DNA of 64,000 nucleotides. It comes from an uncultured Parachlamydiaceae bacterium (GTDB lineage: Bacteria > Chlamydiota > Chlamydiia > Chlamydiales > Parachlamydiaceae). This document shows positions 1-10,339 of the stretch, one piece after another. The stretch is from contig CAVULX010000004.1 in assembly GCA_963742415.1 (NCBI GenBank), positions 544,001-608,000 of the forward strand, read 5' to 3'. Position 1 is the stretch's first letter; each line of letters begins with the position of its first letter. The notes below the pieces were generated by a model, which ran no database searches, was not told the DNA's origin, and saw only the letters and a list, made by a program, of their open reading frames with translations. Made by a program: the position numbers and the translations under genes.

Positions 1-834
1 TCGATCTGTAGCCCGGAAATATTGCCCTCCTGTTTTGGCGGCGATCTCTTTCAACAGACCTTCATCTATGGATACCTCTGCCATGCCATATCCGCCAAAT
101 TTCATCGGGAAAGGAACAAGACCATTTTTTCCAACGCCTATGGTGTAAATGCGGATATTGTATTGCTTGGCCAGTTTTGAGGCTTCTAGTGGAGGGAGGC
201 TACTGGAATTGTCTTCACCATCTGTCAACAAGACAAGGATGCGAGATCCTTCAGGTCGTTCCCGGAGGGTGCGGACACTTAAGCCGATCGCATCCCCGAT
301 GGCCGTACCATTGCCTGCCATCCCCGAAACCGTGTCATTAAGCATCCGGCTGACAGATGTTGTATCAAGGGTAAGAGGGACATGGAGATAGGCATGTTCA
401 CCAAAGGTGACGAGCCCTAATCGATCCCCTTGTCGGCTGAGTGCGAATTTGCCAACGACTTCTTTGGTGACATCTAGACGGCTGATTGCTTTTATTTGTG
501 TTGAAAAATCCATGGCTTGCATTGAGGCTGAAATATCGACGGCAAGCATGATATCGTACCCTTTGTTTTTCACTTGCCTGAATTGGTCCACCTTTTCAGG
601 CTGCATGAGCGCCAAAGTCAGAAAAAGCCATGTCAAAGCAAGGAGAAGAAAAAATATACGGTTTGAGTGGTTTTCACGATGGAAAGGAGGAAAAGCTTGT
701 TTTAACCTGTCGAGGGCAGGAAAATAGAGTTGGGGCGACGTTTTATCTGCCTCTTTGTTGAATCTTGGAAGAATCTTGATCAGAATCGGAAGGGGAAGAA
801 GGAGAGCAAACCACGGCCAATAAAAATGAAACAT
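1..834 (-). CDS. vWA domain protein (BatA-like); 3' end lies outside the window
   Basis: Not in the ORF track; translated by hand from ATG 834: MFHFYWPWF...GYDIMLAVDISASM (MIDAS DxSxS)...GDRLGLVTFG...TAIGDAIG...ILVLLTDGEDN...IYTIGVG. Confidence 0.9.
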   Translation of the reverse strand, partial: MFHFYWPWFALLLPLPILIKILPRFNKEADKTSPQLYFPALDRLKQAFPPFHRENHSNRIFFLLLALTWLFLTLALMQPEKVDQFRQVKNKGYDIMLAVDISASMQAMDFSTQIKAISRLDVTKEVVGKFALSRQGDRLGLVTFGEHAYLHVPLTLDTTSVSRMLNDTVSGMAGNGTAIGDAIGLSVRTLRERPEGSRILVLLTDGEDNSSSLPPLEASKLAKQYNIRIYTIGVGKNGLVPFPMKFGGYGMAEVSIDEGLLKEIAAKTGGQYFRATDR

Positions 835-1305
835 TTATCTCACCCAGGTTTTTGTGGCTTGTATGAGTTCTTTAATCTGGGCAAGCGAGGGAGGATTGGG
901 CGTTGGCGCATAAGGTAATTCGGTTAGAAGATCTCCCTTGTTTTCCCAATCAAAGTGTTTAGGATCATGCTTGGAGAGCCATTTTAGCCAGGCGTCGCCG
1001 ACTAAGCCTGCACACTCTTTTCTGGAAAAACGTTGGAGGGCGATGCGGCGCAAATATTCGGATAGGATGGTGAGGGTTTCCAGAGCGGTTGCCTCGGACA
1101 AATTTTTTTCTAGGACTGTCAATTTCAGTAAAGCGTCATTTTTCCAGCTACGCTTAAAGGCAACGCGGTAAGCGATAAAAAATCCAACTGAACATCCAAT
1201 CAAAATTCCCGCCCCAATAATGACCCACCATCCAATAGCTAGAGGCCACCAACTAATGGAATCTAATCCTTCGATATCATGCAGTTGCTCCAAAAGAGGG
1301 TTCAT
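835..1305 (-). CDS. DUF4381 family membrane protein
   Basis: QLHDI...ISWWPLAIGWW signature; AGLVGDAWLKWL; position between DUF58 and vWA genes. Confidence 0.85.
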   Translation of the reverse strand: MNPLLEQLHDIEGLDSISWWPLAIGWWVIIGAGILIGCSVGFFIAYRVAFKRSWKNDALLKLTVLEKNLSEATALETLTILSEYLRRIALQRFSRKECAGLVGDAWLKWLSKHDPKHFDWENKGDLLTELPYAPTPNPPSLAQIKELIQATKTWVR

Positions 1306-2222
1306 CGTTTTTTCCTTTTGGTTATCTTTTTTAACTGAAAGCTAAGATCTCGATAGAGATCCGATTCGGTAGATAATTCTATCAAAGGAATTTTTAATTT
1401 GGCTGCGGCCTCATACAAGTGTTGCCGATTGCTTCTCCATTGAGCCTCATAGGCTTCTCTCCCATTGTCGCTGGCTGTGTTGACATAGAATTTTTCCTGT
1501 TTGCTTGCACAAAAGGCAATTGTTCCAATGGGAAAAATAGATTTGTCGGCGGGATCATTGATGGAAATAAAGACGACATCGCACCGTTTGATAAGTTGCC
1601 TTAGGCCAGCCTGATTTTGGAAGTTTTGTTGGATGTTCATAAAATCGCTTATGATATAAATGAGCGATCCGGTCTGCGCCGCTTGGTTGATCTGTGTCAA
1701 AATGTCGCTAAATAAGATGGAATGCTGCTCAGCAAAAGGCTCGGTGAGCCTCTTTAGCAGGGTACAAAAGGATTTTGGGGTCCTTTTGGGGGCGAAATAT
1801 TGCATTCCATTAGGGACATCGCCAAAAAGGCATCCGCTGATCCGGTCATGGTGGGCGAGCCCTCGCCATCCTAGAATGGCTGCAACGCGTGCAGCTTGCA
1901 CCGATTTGAAAGTGTTTCGCGTGCCGAAACGCATCGTGCTGTTCATATCGATGCAAAGCAACACATGTCGCTCTCGTTCTTGTTTAAAAAGTTTTAAGTG
2001 AGGCGATCCCGTCCTCGCAGTGACCCTCCAATCAATATTTCGGATATCGTCCCCCGGAACATATTCCCTGACAGCATCAAATTCGAGCCCTTGACCTCGA
2101 AAAGGGGAGTGGTGATCGCCTTGAACAATCGATGTTCCTGTCCGGTAAGAGGGGAGTGCAGGCTCTGATTTCCGATTTTTAAATGCAATTAAATCATTTA
2201 ATTCAGGGTAGAGCATAAGCAC
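1302..2222 (-). CDS. DUF58 family protein (MoxR-associated)
   Basis: RGQGLEFDAVREYVPGDDIRNIDWRVTAR motif. Confidence 0.92.
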   Translation of the reverse strand: MLMLYPELNDLIAFKNRKSEPALPSYRTGTSIVQGDHHSPFRGQGLEFDAVREYVPGDDIRNIDWRVTARTGSPHLKLFKQERERHVLLCIDMNSTMRFGTRNTFKSVQAARVAAILGWRGLAHHDRISGCLFGDVPNGMQYFAPKRTPKSFCTLLKRLTEPFAEQHSILFSDILTQINQAAQTGSLIYIISDFMNIQQNFQNQAGLRQLIKRCDVVFISINDPADKSIFPIGTIAFCASKQEKFYVNTASDNGREAYEAQWRSNRQHLYEAAAKLKIPLIELSTESDLYRDLSFQLKKITKRKKR

Positions 2223-2224
2223 CT

Positions 2225-3226
2225 TTAAGGGATAGCGACGACTTCCAGTATTTTTTTTACGATATCATGGCGTGAAACTCCTTCGGCGTCGGATTCAAAG
2301 GAGGGGATAATACGGTGCCTTAAGATGGGGGGCGCCACGCTATGGATGTGTGTCGGAGTCACATATTCCTCTCCTCTAAGCCAGGCGAGCGCCTTTGCGC
2401 ACCGGATCATCGCGATAGTAGCGCGAGGGGAAGCCCCATGTTCGATCCACTGGGCAAGTTCTTGATCGTATTTTTCGGGAGTTCGCGTGGCCGTGGTTAT
2501 CGAGACCACATATTTTTTCAGGTTATCGGAAATATACATTTGGGAGACCGCTTTCCGGGCATTTAAAACTTCCTCTCTTGTCGTGATAGGGGGAATGGAG
2601 GGATGGGTGTTGCGCTGCCTTTTTTCATCTAATTCAGCGATTAAGAGTTCTTCTTGCTGGTTTGGATAGCCCACTTCAAGATGCATCATAAACCTATCGA
2701 GTTGAGCTTCTGGAAGGTTATAAGTTCCCTCTTGTTCTATAGGGTTTTGTGTAGCGATCACCATGTACAATTCAGGGAGGGGGTAGCTCTTATGACCCAC
2801 CGTGATTTGTTTCTCCTCCATCGCTTCGAGGAGGGCTGATTGCACTTTGGCGGGTGCTCGATTGATCTCATCTGCAAGTAAGATGTTGTTGAAGAGGGGT
2901 CCATTCCGGAAAATAAAATCACTTTTTTCATGGATATAGATTTCTGTTCCGATGAGATCGGAGGGCAGGAGATCGGGGGTAAACTGAATCCGATGAAAGT
3001 CTCCATCGATCCCATCGGCGATCGCCTTGGCAGAACGGGTCTTAGCAAGGCCTGGCATCCCTTCAATGAGGATATGCCCATCGGCCAGAAGGCAAACAAG
3101 CATGTGTTCAATCAACTGCTGCTGGCCGATGATTTTACTTTGGATCGATTTTAGTAGATTCGATAATTGATGCTGCTGTGTTTTGATATTTTCTTTAGGT
3201 TTTGTTTGTGTTTGAGCTACATCCAT
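2225..3226 (-). CDS. moxR: MoxR family AAA+ ATPase
   Basis: GHILIEGMPGLAKT (Walker A), RIQFTPDLLPSD, LADEINRAPAKVQSALLEAM, ATQNPIEQEGTYNLPEAQLDRF. Confidence 0.95.
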   Translation of the reverse strand: MDVAQTQTKPKENIKTQQHQLSNLLKSIQSKIIGQQQLIEHMLVCLLADGHILIEGMPGLAKTRSAKAIADGIDGDFHRIQFTPDLLPSDLIGTEIYIHEKSDFIFRNGPLFNNILLADEINRAPAKVQSALLEAMEEKQITVGHKSYPLPELYMVIATQNPIEQEGTYNLPEAQLDRFMMHLEVGYPNQQEELLIAELDEKRQRNTHPSIPPITTREEVLNARKAVSQMYISDNLKKYVVSITTATRTPEKYDQELAQWIEHGASPRATIAMIRCAKALAWLRGEEYVTPTHIHSVAPPILRHRIIPSFESDAEGVSRHDIVKKILEVVAIP

Positions 3227-3493
3227 ACGTTACCTCTTAAACATAAAATCTCACGAGGCATTTTACAAATGATCACTTAAAGATGCAAGTAGGGAGTTGC
3301 AGTATTAGACTTCTTTCGAAATTCCATTTGATTATTAAAATGGCTCTTTTTAGCATCTTTTTCGTAAAATTTTTCGACCATATGCACCCATATGCTCTCA
3401 AAATTTTTCAAAAAATCTGCTCAAAAATAGCTCATTTTTCTAATCAAAGCGAATTTCGAAAGAAGTCTATTATTTTTTTCGATAAAATTCACC

Positions 3494-3526
3494 TTGACTT
3501 GCGGTTAAAAAAATTTATGTTATAAT
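3494..3526 (+). promoter_or_regulatory. Candidate sigma70/sigma66-type promoter of the cyo operon
   Basis: Extended -10 TGnTATAAT at 3518-3526; TTGACT/TTGCGG upstream; 36 nt before the cyoA ATG. Confidence 0.45.
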
Positions 3527-3562
3527 AAAAAATTTATTTTATAAATTCAGGAAGGGTTCCGC

Positions 3563-4474
3563 ATGCCAAAACGACCTGTGTTCTTCATGCTTATATTCAC
3601 AGGTTTAATCTTATTCTTTTTCTTAATCATGCAACCTTTGCAGATTTTGAAATTCCGAAGTTTTATCGCCATCTTGTTCCCTAAAGGAATTATTGCCCTG
3701 GAACAGCGCAATCTTCTTCTTATCATTCAAGCTTTAATGCTCATCATTATTATCCCCGTCTATGTCCTTACGTTTGTTTTTTCCTGGAAATACAGCGCGG
3801 GCAATCCAAAGGGGAAATATGATCCTGATTTAGTAGATAATGTAGTTGCAGAATACTTTTGGTGGGGGATCCCCTGCATTTTAACATTAATTATCGGGGT
3901 TTTAACCTGGATCAAAACCTATCAATTGGATCCTTATAAACCTCTCGAATCCAATAAAAAGGAAATGACCATCCAAGTTGTAGCCCTGCAGTGGAAATGG
4001 CTATTTATTTACCCCGAAGAAAAAATAGCCAGTTTGAATTTTTTACAGTTTCCTAAACAAACTCCGATCCATTTTGAAATTACTGCGGATGCTCCAATGA
4101 ATTCGTTTTGGATTCCTCATCTAGGGGGGCAAATTTATGCCATGCCAAAAATGAAGACCGAGCTCCATCTGATTGCGGATGAGGCAGGGGACTTTAGGGG
4201 CTCATCCGCCAATTTAAGTGGAGAAGGTTTTGCCGGTATGCATTTTATCACACGAGCCTCTTCGGAAGAGGATTATCATAAATGGGTAGAAAAGGCAAAA
4301 AAAGCGAAGGTGCTTAAGTGGGAAGATTACGAGAAAATGGCTGAGCCAAGCAGTGATAATCCCGAGGAGCTTTATCGGCTGAAAGATGAAAAACTCTTCG
4401 ATCAGATTCTGATGAAATATATGAACCACCCCTACCTTCTAAGAGTAAAGGATAAACGATGTTTGGAAGATTAA
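3563..4474 (+). CDS. cyoA: Cytochrome bo3-type quinol oxidase subunit II
   Basis: TYQLDPYKPL, IQVVALQWKWLFIYPE, MNSFWIPHLGGQIYAM, SANLSGEGFAGM; no CuA cysteines. Confidence 0.93.
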   Translation: MPKRPVFFMLIFTGLILFFFLIMQPLQILKFRSFIAILFPKGIIALEQRNLLLIIQALMLIIIIPVYVLTFVFSWKYSAGNPKGKYDPDLVDNVVAEYFWWGIPCILTLIIGVLTWIKTYQLDPYKPLESNKKEMTIQVVALQWKWLFIYPEEKIASLNFLQFPKQTPIHFEITADAPMNSFWIPHLGGQIYAMPKMKTELHLIADEAGDFRGSSANLSGEGFAGMHFITRASSEEDYHKWVEKAKKAKVLKWEDYEKMAEPSSDNPEELYRLKDEKLFDQILMKYMNHPYLLRVKDKRCLED

Positions 4475-6433
4475 CGTTAGATGCCTTTCATCACGAATGG
4501 AGTCAAAACATTGCTGTCCTCAACATGTTCTTCGGAGGGATCGCCCTCATCGCGCTTATTACCTATCTTAAACGTTGGAAGTGGCTATGGAATGAATGGA
4601 TCACCTCTGTGGATCCCAAAAGAATCGGCATTATGTACATCGTTGTTACCCTTATCATGTTCTTCAAAGGATTTGCCGATGCGGTGATGATGCGTCTCCA
4701 ACAAGCTCTTTCCGTCGGGGATTCTCATGGCTTTATTTCATCCGGCCACTTTCAAGAAATCTTTTCCGCCCATGGAACAACCATGATTTTTTTCGTCGGC
4801 ATGGGAGTCGTCTTCGGTTTGATGAATCTGATTATCCCTTTGCAAATTGGGGCTAGAGATGTCGCCTATCCCTTTTTAAATGCACTGGGTTTTTGGCTGT
4901 TTACCGCAGCGGGGTTTTTAACTTTGATATCACTGGCTATTGGAAAATTTTCCACTGCAGGATGGCTCGCTTATCCTCCTCTTTCAGGGATTGAATATAG
5001 CCCCAATGAAGGGGTCGATTATTGGATCTGGGTCGTCCAGATTGCGGGGGTGGGAAGTACCATCTCAGGAATCAATTTTTTGGTTACGATTCTGAAAATG
5101 CGCTGTCCCGGCATGACCTTGATGAAGATGCCCATCTTTGTTTGGAGCAGCCTGTGCGCGATGATTCTTGTGATTTTTGCTTTCCCGATTCTGACAGCTA
5201 CCCTCTACATGCTCACTTTAGATCGCTATCTGGGCATGCATTTTTTCACCGCGGAGGCGGGGGGAATCCGATGATGTATGTCAATCTGATCTGGGCTTGG
5301 GGACATCCTGAGGTTTATATTTTGATTTTGCCGATTTTTGGGATTTTTTCAGAAGTCGTTCCCACATTCTCCGAAAAACGATTATTCGGATACGTCTCCA
5401 TGGTTTGGGCACTTGTGATGATCACCGTTTTGTCCTTTCTTGTATGGCTTCACCATTTTTTTACCATGGGCGCAAGTCCAGGAGTGAATGCCTTTTTCGG
5501 CATCACGACCATGTTGATTGCAATTCCTACGGGAGTCAAAATATTTAACTGGCTATTTACAAAATTCCGGGGACGGGTCCACTTCACTTCGCCGATGTTG
5601 TGGTTTTTTGCTTTTGTCCTCAATTTTAGCGTGGGCGGGATGACAGGGGTTTTGCTTTCTTCACCTCCAGTCGACTATCAAGTGCACAATAGCTTGTTTT
5701 TGATCGCCCATTTCCATGGAATGGTCATTGGGGGAATGCTCTTTGGCTTTTTTGCCGGTTTTACCTATTGGTTTCCGAAATTCACAGGATTTTTCTTGGA
5801 TGAAAAATTGAACCGATATGCCTTTTGGTGTTGGTTTGGGGGATTCTTGCTTGCATTTATGCCTTTATACATGCTTGGCTTTATGGGAGCTACAAGACGT
5901 TTAGATCATTATGAGGCATCTACCGGATGGCATCCTCTATTTGTAACTGTGGGAATTGGCGCATTTCTTATTTTTATTGGAGCCAGCATTCAGTTTTTTG
6001 GTTTATTCTGGAGCATTTTCAAGAGAAAGGAGAATTGGGACCACACAGGAGGAGATCCTTGGAATGGCAGAACATTGGAATGGTCTATTCCTTCACCTCC
6101 TCCCATCTATAATTTTGCCGTTATTCCTACGGTGGATCAGCTAGATCCTTTATGGGCTATAAAAGAGGGGAGGCGCCGCCTCCTGAAGAAAATTACGAAG
6201 ATATCCATCTTCCAAAAAATACTCCTATGGGCTTTTTTATTGGCATCTTCACCTTGTTTTTTGGCTTTGCCATGACTTGGTATATCATCTGGCTGGCAAT
6301 CAGCAGTTTTGCCGCAATTGTCCTTTGCTTGATCATTCGCCTTTCCGGCAAGGATGAACATGAGATTATCACCGCTGAGGAAGTGAAAAGAATAGAAGCG
6401 GAACATATAAAGAGGTCGAAGGGCTATGAGTAA
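4459..6433 (+). pseudogene. cyoB: Quinol oxidase subunit I, split in three frames by two apparent 1-nt deletions (real or sequencing error)
   Basis: ORFs 4459-5274, 5022-6275 and 6152-6433 carry consecutive CyoB parts ([50 protein letters not shown]). Joins fall at G6 5259-5264 and G4 6167-6170; adding one G at each gives 658 aa. Confidence 0.88.
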
Positions 6434-7061
6434 GTCATTGACAATTCATCATCATGAAACCCTTGAGAAGCATCCCGACACGCATGCTCCAGATCCACAC
6501 CAAGATACATTTTCGAAAACTGTCTTAGGCTTTTGGATGTATCTGATGACAGACTGCATCTTGTTTGCCACTTTATTTATTACCTATGCTGTGTTGCGTC
6601 ATGAAACTTTTGGAGGGCCCTCATCGCAGGAGCTTTTTAGCCTTTCGACCTCTTTTATCGAAACAATGATCTTGTTGTTCAGCAGCGTCACTTGCGGTTT
6701 GGGGATGTTGTCAGCGGTGCGAAATAAAAAGATTCAAGTGATTGCATGGTTGCTTGTTTCCTTTTTATTGGGGGCTTCCTTTATAGCCATGGAGGTGACA
6801 GAGTTTACCCATTTGGTTCAAGAAGGAAATAGTTGGACAAGAAGCGCTTTTTTATCTTCCTTCTTTGCACTTGTAGGTACGCATGGACTTCACGTCTCGG
6901 TAGGATTGTTATGGATGATTGTCATGATGGTGCAGGTATTTTTACTTGGGGTGACAGTCATTACCTTTCGCAGGCTTGTCGTTTTTAGTTTGTTTTGGCA
7001 TTTCTTAGATTTGGTATGGATTTTCATCTTTACTTTTGTCTACTTGATGGGAGTCATCTAA
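6426..7061 (+). CDS. cyoC: Quinol oxidase subunit III
   Basis: GFWMYLMTDCILFATLF, SAFLSSFFALVGTHGLHV, FWHFLDLVWIFIFTFVYL. Confidence 0.95.
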   Translation: MSKSLTIHHHETLEKHPDTHAPDPHQDTFSKTVLGFWMYLMTDCILFATLFITYAVLRHETFGGPSSQELFSLSTSFIETMILLFSSVTCGLGMLSAVRNKKIQVIAWLLVSFLLGASFIAMEVTEFTHLVQEGNSWTRSAFLSSFFALVGTHGLHVSVGLLWMIVMMVQVFLLGVTVITFRRLVVFSLFWHFLDLVWIFIFTFVYLMGVI

Positions 7062-7062
7062 A

Positions 7063-7426
7063 ATGCATTCAGAACTTAGTTTAAATGAGATCAAAAAAGA
7101 ATGGCATGGGACGTTACAAAGCTTATGTCATTGGCTTTATAGCTTCTATTGTATTGACAATTTGTTCTTTTTCTCTCGTCATCTTACGACCCTTCTCGGA
7201 ACAAATCTTAATTTATACCGTTGTCGGTCTGGCTCTTGTACAGGCTGTCGTTCAACTCCTATTTTTTCTCCACGTAGGACAGGAAGCCAAACCCCGTTGG
7301 GAAACTCTTGTATTCTTTTTTATGGCGTTCATTTTATTGATTATTGCTATTGGGACTCTATGGATTATGTATGATTTAAACAATCGCACAATGTCAAATA
7401 TGGCAAAGGAAATGATTCATGATTAA
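7063..7426 (+). pseudogene. cyoD: Quinol oxidase subunit IV with one apparent extra base near 7117-7124
   Basis: N-terminus MHSELSLNEIKKEWHGTL in frame 7063, continuing as YVIGFIASIVLT...QAVVQLLFFLH...GTLWIMYDLN in frame 7085; removing one base gives 120 aa. Confidence 0.8.
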
Positions 7427-8273
7427 TTACTATTTGTTGACTAAGCCAGGAATTATTTTAGGGAATCTCATTACGGTGGCTGCAGGATTTTTGCTAGCTT
7501 CCAAAGGAGAGATTAATCTTCCGTTATTCTTTGAAACTCTACTAGGAATCGGGTGTATAATAGCATCTGCATGTGTATTCAACAATTATATCGACCGAAA
7601 AACCGATGAAAAAATGGAAAGGACAAAAAATCGAGCTCTGGTGACGGGATTAATTTCTGGAAAGAATGCAATTATTTTTGCCATTTTTCTTGGGATCGTG
7701 GGCAACCTTATTTTGTTTTTATTTACGAATGTCTTGACTGTAGCTGTAGCTACCATGGGCTTTTTTGTCTATGTGGTGCTTTATAGTTTTTGGAAATGCC
7801 ACACCATTTATGGAACAGCTATTGGAAGCATTGCTGGGGCAGTTCCGCCAGTAGTTGGATATTGTGCTGTGAGCCATCGCTTCGACATTGGAGCTTTGAT
7901 TTTATTTATGATGATGGTGTTGTGGCAAATGCCCCATTTTTTTGCGATTGCCATGTATCACTTTGAGGATTATGTAAATGCCGACATTCCTGTATTACCT
8001 GTCAAAAAGGGCAAGCTAAGAACAAAAATTCACATGACCCTTTATATTATTGGTTTTATCTTGGCAGCGGTGATGTTGACAATTTTTAAATATACCGGGT
8101 CTATCTATATGTTTCTGGCTATTGGCTTTGGCCTGGCTTGGCTAGCGCTGTGCTTAAGAGGTTTTGCGAGCGAAAATGACAAGCTTTGGGGGCAGAAGAT
8201 GTTCCGCCTCTCACTTTTAACCATCACCGCCATCTGCTTCGCCATCCCTTTCGATATATATCATTCCGTATAA
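7419..8273 (+). CDS. cyoE: Heme o synthase (protoheme IX farnesyltransferase)
   Basis: LTKPGIILGN, NNYIDRKTDEKMERTKNR, GAVPPVVGYCA, WQMPHFFAIA. Confidence 0.95.
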   Translation: MINYYLLTKPGIILGNLITVAAGFLLASKGEINLPLFFETLLGIGCIIASACVFNNYIDRKTDEKMERTKNRALVTGLISGKNAIIFAIFLGIVGNLILFLFTNVLTVAVATMGFFVYVVLYSFWKCHTIYGTAIGSIAGAVPPVVGYCAVSHRFDIGALILFMMMVLWQMPHFFAIAMYHFEDYVNADIPVLPVKKGKLRTKIHMTLYIIGFILAAVMLTIFKYTGSIYMFLAIGFGLAWLALCLRGFASENDKLWGQKMFRLSLLTITAICFAIPFDIYHSV

Positions 8274-8378
8274 CCCAATTAAATATAAAAATTATTATAA
8301 TTTATTTTACTTGGTAATAAAGAATGATTTAACTAAAATAAAATAAATAATCATCTTTATCTTTATTGGAATGTCTTA

Positions 8379-9263
8379 ATGTTAGGGAAATTTCTTGATC
8401 CAAAAAATGATCTGGCCTTTAAAAAAATCTTTGGAACTGAGAAGAACAAAGATATTCTCATCCATTTCCTCAATGATGTTATTGAATTTGATGAAGGTGC
8501 TCATATCCAAGATGTCGTTTTCTTAAAAACTGTTCAGGATCCTGAAATAAGGGCCCAAAAAACGAGTATAGTGGATATCTTGTGCAAAGATGAAAAGGGA
8601 AATCGCTATATCGTCGAAATGCAGGTGGCCCGTGAAAAAGGGTTTGAAAAGAGAGCCCAATATTATGCTTCTAAAGCGTACGCTTCCCAGATGAACGATG
8701 GGGGAAAGTTCCATACGCTTAAGTCTGTGATCTTTGTCGCGATTACTGATTTCATCATGTTTCCAAGGAAGAAAGACTTTAAATCAGATCATGTCATCCT
8801 TGATAAGAAAAGCTATGAAAATGATCTAAAAGATTTTTCTTTCACATTCCTAGAACTTCCGAAATTTAACAAAGGGATCGATGAACTTTCTAGTACAACA
8901 GAGATGTGGTTTTATTTTTTTAAACATGCTGGGGAAACATCTGGAGAAGATTTGCAAAAGTTGGCTGAGCACGAACAAATCATAGCCAAAGCCTATGATG
9001 TGCTCGATAGGTATTCTTGGAATGAAGAAGAGCTTCTTACTTATGATCAATTAGAGAAATACGAACTGACCTACCAAGCTTCCTTAGAATATAAATTTGA
9101 TGAAGGGAAGATGGTAGGCCTCGAGAAGGGAGAAAAAATCGGGATTGAAAAAGGGGAAAAAATGGCTTTGTTAAAAGTTGCAAAAAATTTGCTCAAGCAA
9201 GGGCTAAAAGTCCAAGAAATCCAAATCGTAACAGGATTATCTAAAAAAGATATTCTTTCCTGA
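8379..9263 (+). CDS. Rpn family recombination-promoting nuclease / PD-(D/E)XK transposase-like protein
   Basis: FLDPKNDLAFKKIFG, IVDILCKD...IVEMQ, RAQYYASKAY, FLELPKF, C-terminal GxEKG repeats. Confidence 0.9.
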   Translation: MLGKFLDPKNDLAFKKIFGTEKNKDILIHFLNDVIEFDEGAHIQDVVFLKTVQDPEIRAQKTSIVDILCKDEKGNRYIVEMQVAREKGFEKRAQYYASKAYASQMNDGGKFHTLKSVIFVAITDFIMFPRKKDFKSDHVILDKKSYENDLKDFSFTFLELPKFNKGIDELSSTTEMWFYFFKHAGETSGEDLQKLAEHEQIIAKAYDVLDRYSWNEEELLTYDQLEKYELTYQASLEYKFDEGKMVGLEKGEKIGIEKGEKMALLKVAKNLLKQGLKVQEIQIVTGLSKKDILS

Positions 9264-9309
9264 GAATGATTTTACTAAAATATAAAGCAATTGTTTCTTT
9301 GACGAATGT

Positions 9310-10299
9310 ATGGATGAACACTTTCTGGAACTTCCTTCCATTGCTGATGGAGCGGATAAAAGTTCGGCTATTAAAAATCGGATCAGAAAAAATTACCGGC
9401 ATATCCGCAAATGGGCTAAGCGCTCCTTGACGGACTGTTTCCGCGTATATGATCGGGATATCAAAGAATATCCTTTAGCTATCGATTTTTATGCAGGGCG
9501 TTTTTGCGTCCAATTTTTTTCTTATGATCGAAATTGTGATGAGCCTTCATCAGAGTTGGCGGAGGAGATCAATCAAACGTTATGTTCTATCTTTGACACT
9601 TCACCAGAGCTTATTTATTGGCGGACACGGGTCAAGCGCAAAAAAACGCAGCAATATGAAAAAAGGGATGATCGGCATCAGTTCTTCACTGTTTTGGAGT
9701 ATGGGGTGAAGTTTAGCGTCAACCTAAATGACTATCTCGACACCGGGCTGTTTTTAGATCATCGAGAGACACGCAGAATGGTCGCCTCCCTTGCAAAAGG
9801 GAAGCGGCTCCTCAACCTTTTTGCTTATACATGCGCCTTTAGCGTTCATGCAGCTATTGCTGGTGCGGCTTTTACTAAAAGCGTGGACATTTCGAATACT
9901 TACACAGATTGGGGACGCCGTAATTTTGTTCTAAACGGCCTTTCGCTTAAAAACCACGAAGTTATAAGAGCTGATTGCCTTAAATTTATTGAGGATGAAA
10001 GACCCGCGTCGGCCAAGTTTGATATAATTGTCATAGATCCGCCGACGATCTCCCGATCAAAAAAAATGGATCAAATGTTTGACATTCAAAAGGACCATCC
10101 GTTCCTTATCTCAAAAGCCCTTAAGCTTCTTTCCCCGGAGGGGGTCATTTTTTTCAGTACCAATTCAAGAAAATTCAAATTTGATGATTCCTTATCTCAC
10201 GTTTGCTCTATCCGGGAAATTTCAGACAAAACACTCCCCCTTGATTTTCACAACAAGAAAATTCATCGTTGTTGGAAAATTAGCCCTCTTCCTGTATAA
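9310..10299 (+). CDS. Class I SAM-dependent rRNA methyltransferase (RlmI/RlmK-like)
   Basis: FRVYDRDIKEYP, DYLDTGLFLDHR, LNLFAYT, IVIDPPT. Confidence 0.88.
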   Translation: MDEHFLELPSIADGADKSSAIKNRIRKNYRHIRKWAKRSLTDCFRVYDRDIKEYPLAIDFYAGRFCVQFFSYDRNCDEPSSELAEEINQTLCSIFDTSPELIYWRTRVKRKKTQQYEKRDDRHQFFTVLEYGVKFSVNLNDYLDTGLFLDHRETRRMVASLAKGKRLLNLFAYTCAFSVHAAIAGAAFTKSVDISNTYTDWGRRNFVLNGLSLKNHEVIRADCLKFIEDERPASAKFDIIVIDPPTISRSKKMDQMFDIQKDHPFLISKALKLLSPEGVIFFSTNSRKFKFDDSLSHVCSIREISDKTLPLDFHNKKIHRCWKISPLPV

Positions 10300-10339
10300 A
10301 CCGTCATACGCATTCAATAAATAGGGGAGTAAGGAGACC

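Noticed and set aside
149..3525. Short plus-strand and nested ORFs over the MoxR operon (and similar ones throughout the window)
   Set aside because: They overlap well-supported genes in other frames and show no recognisable motifs
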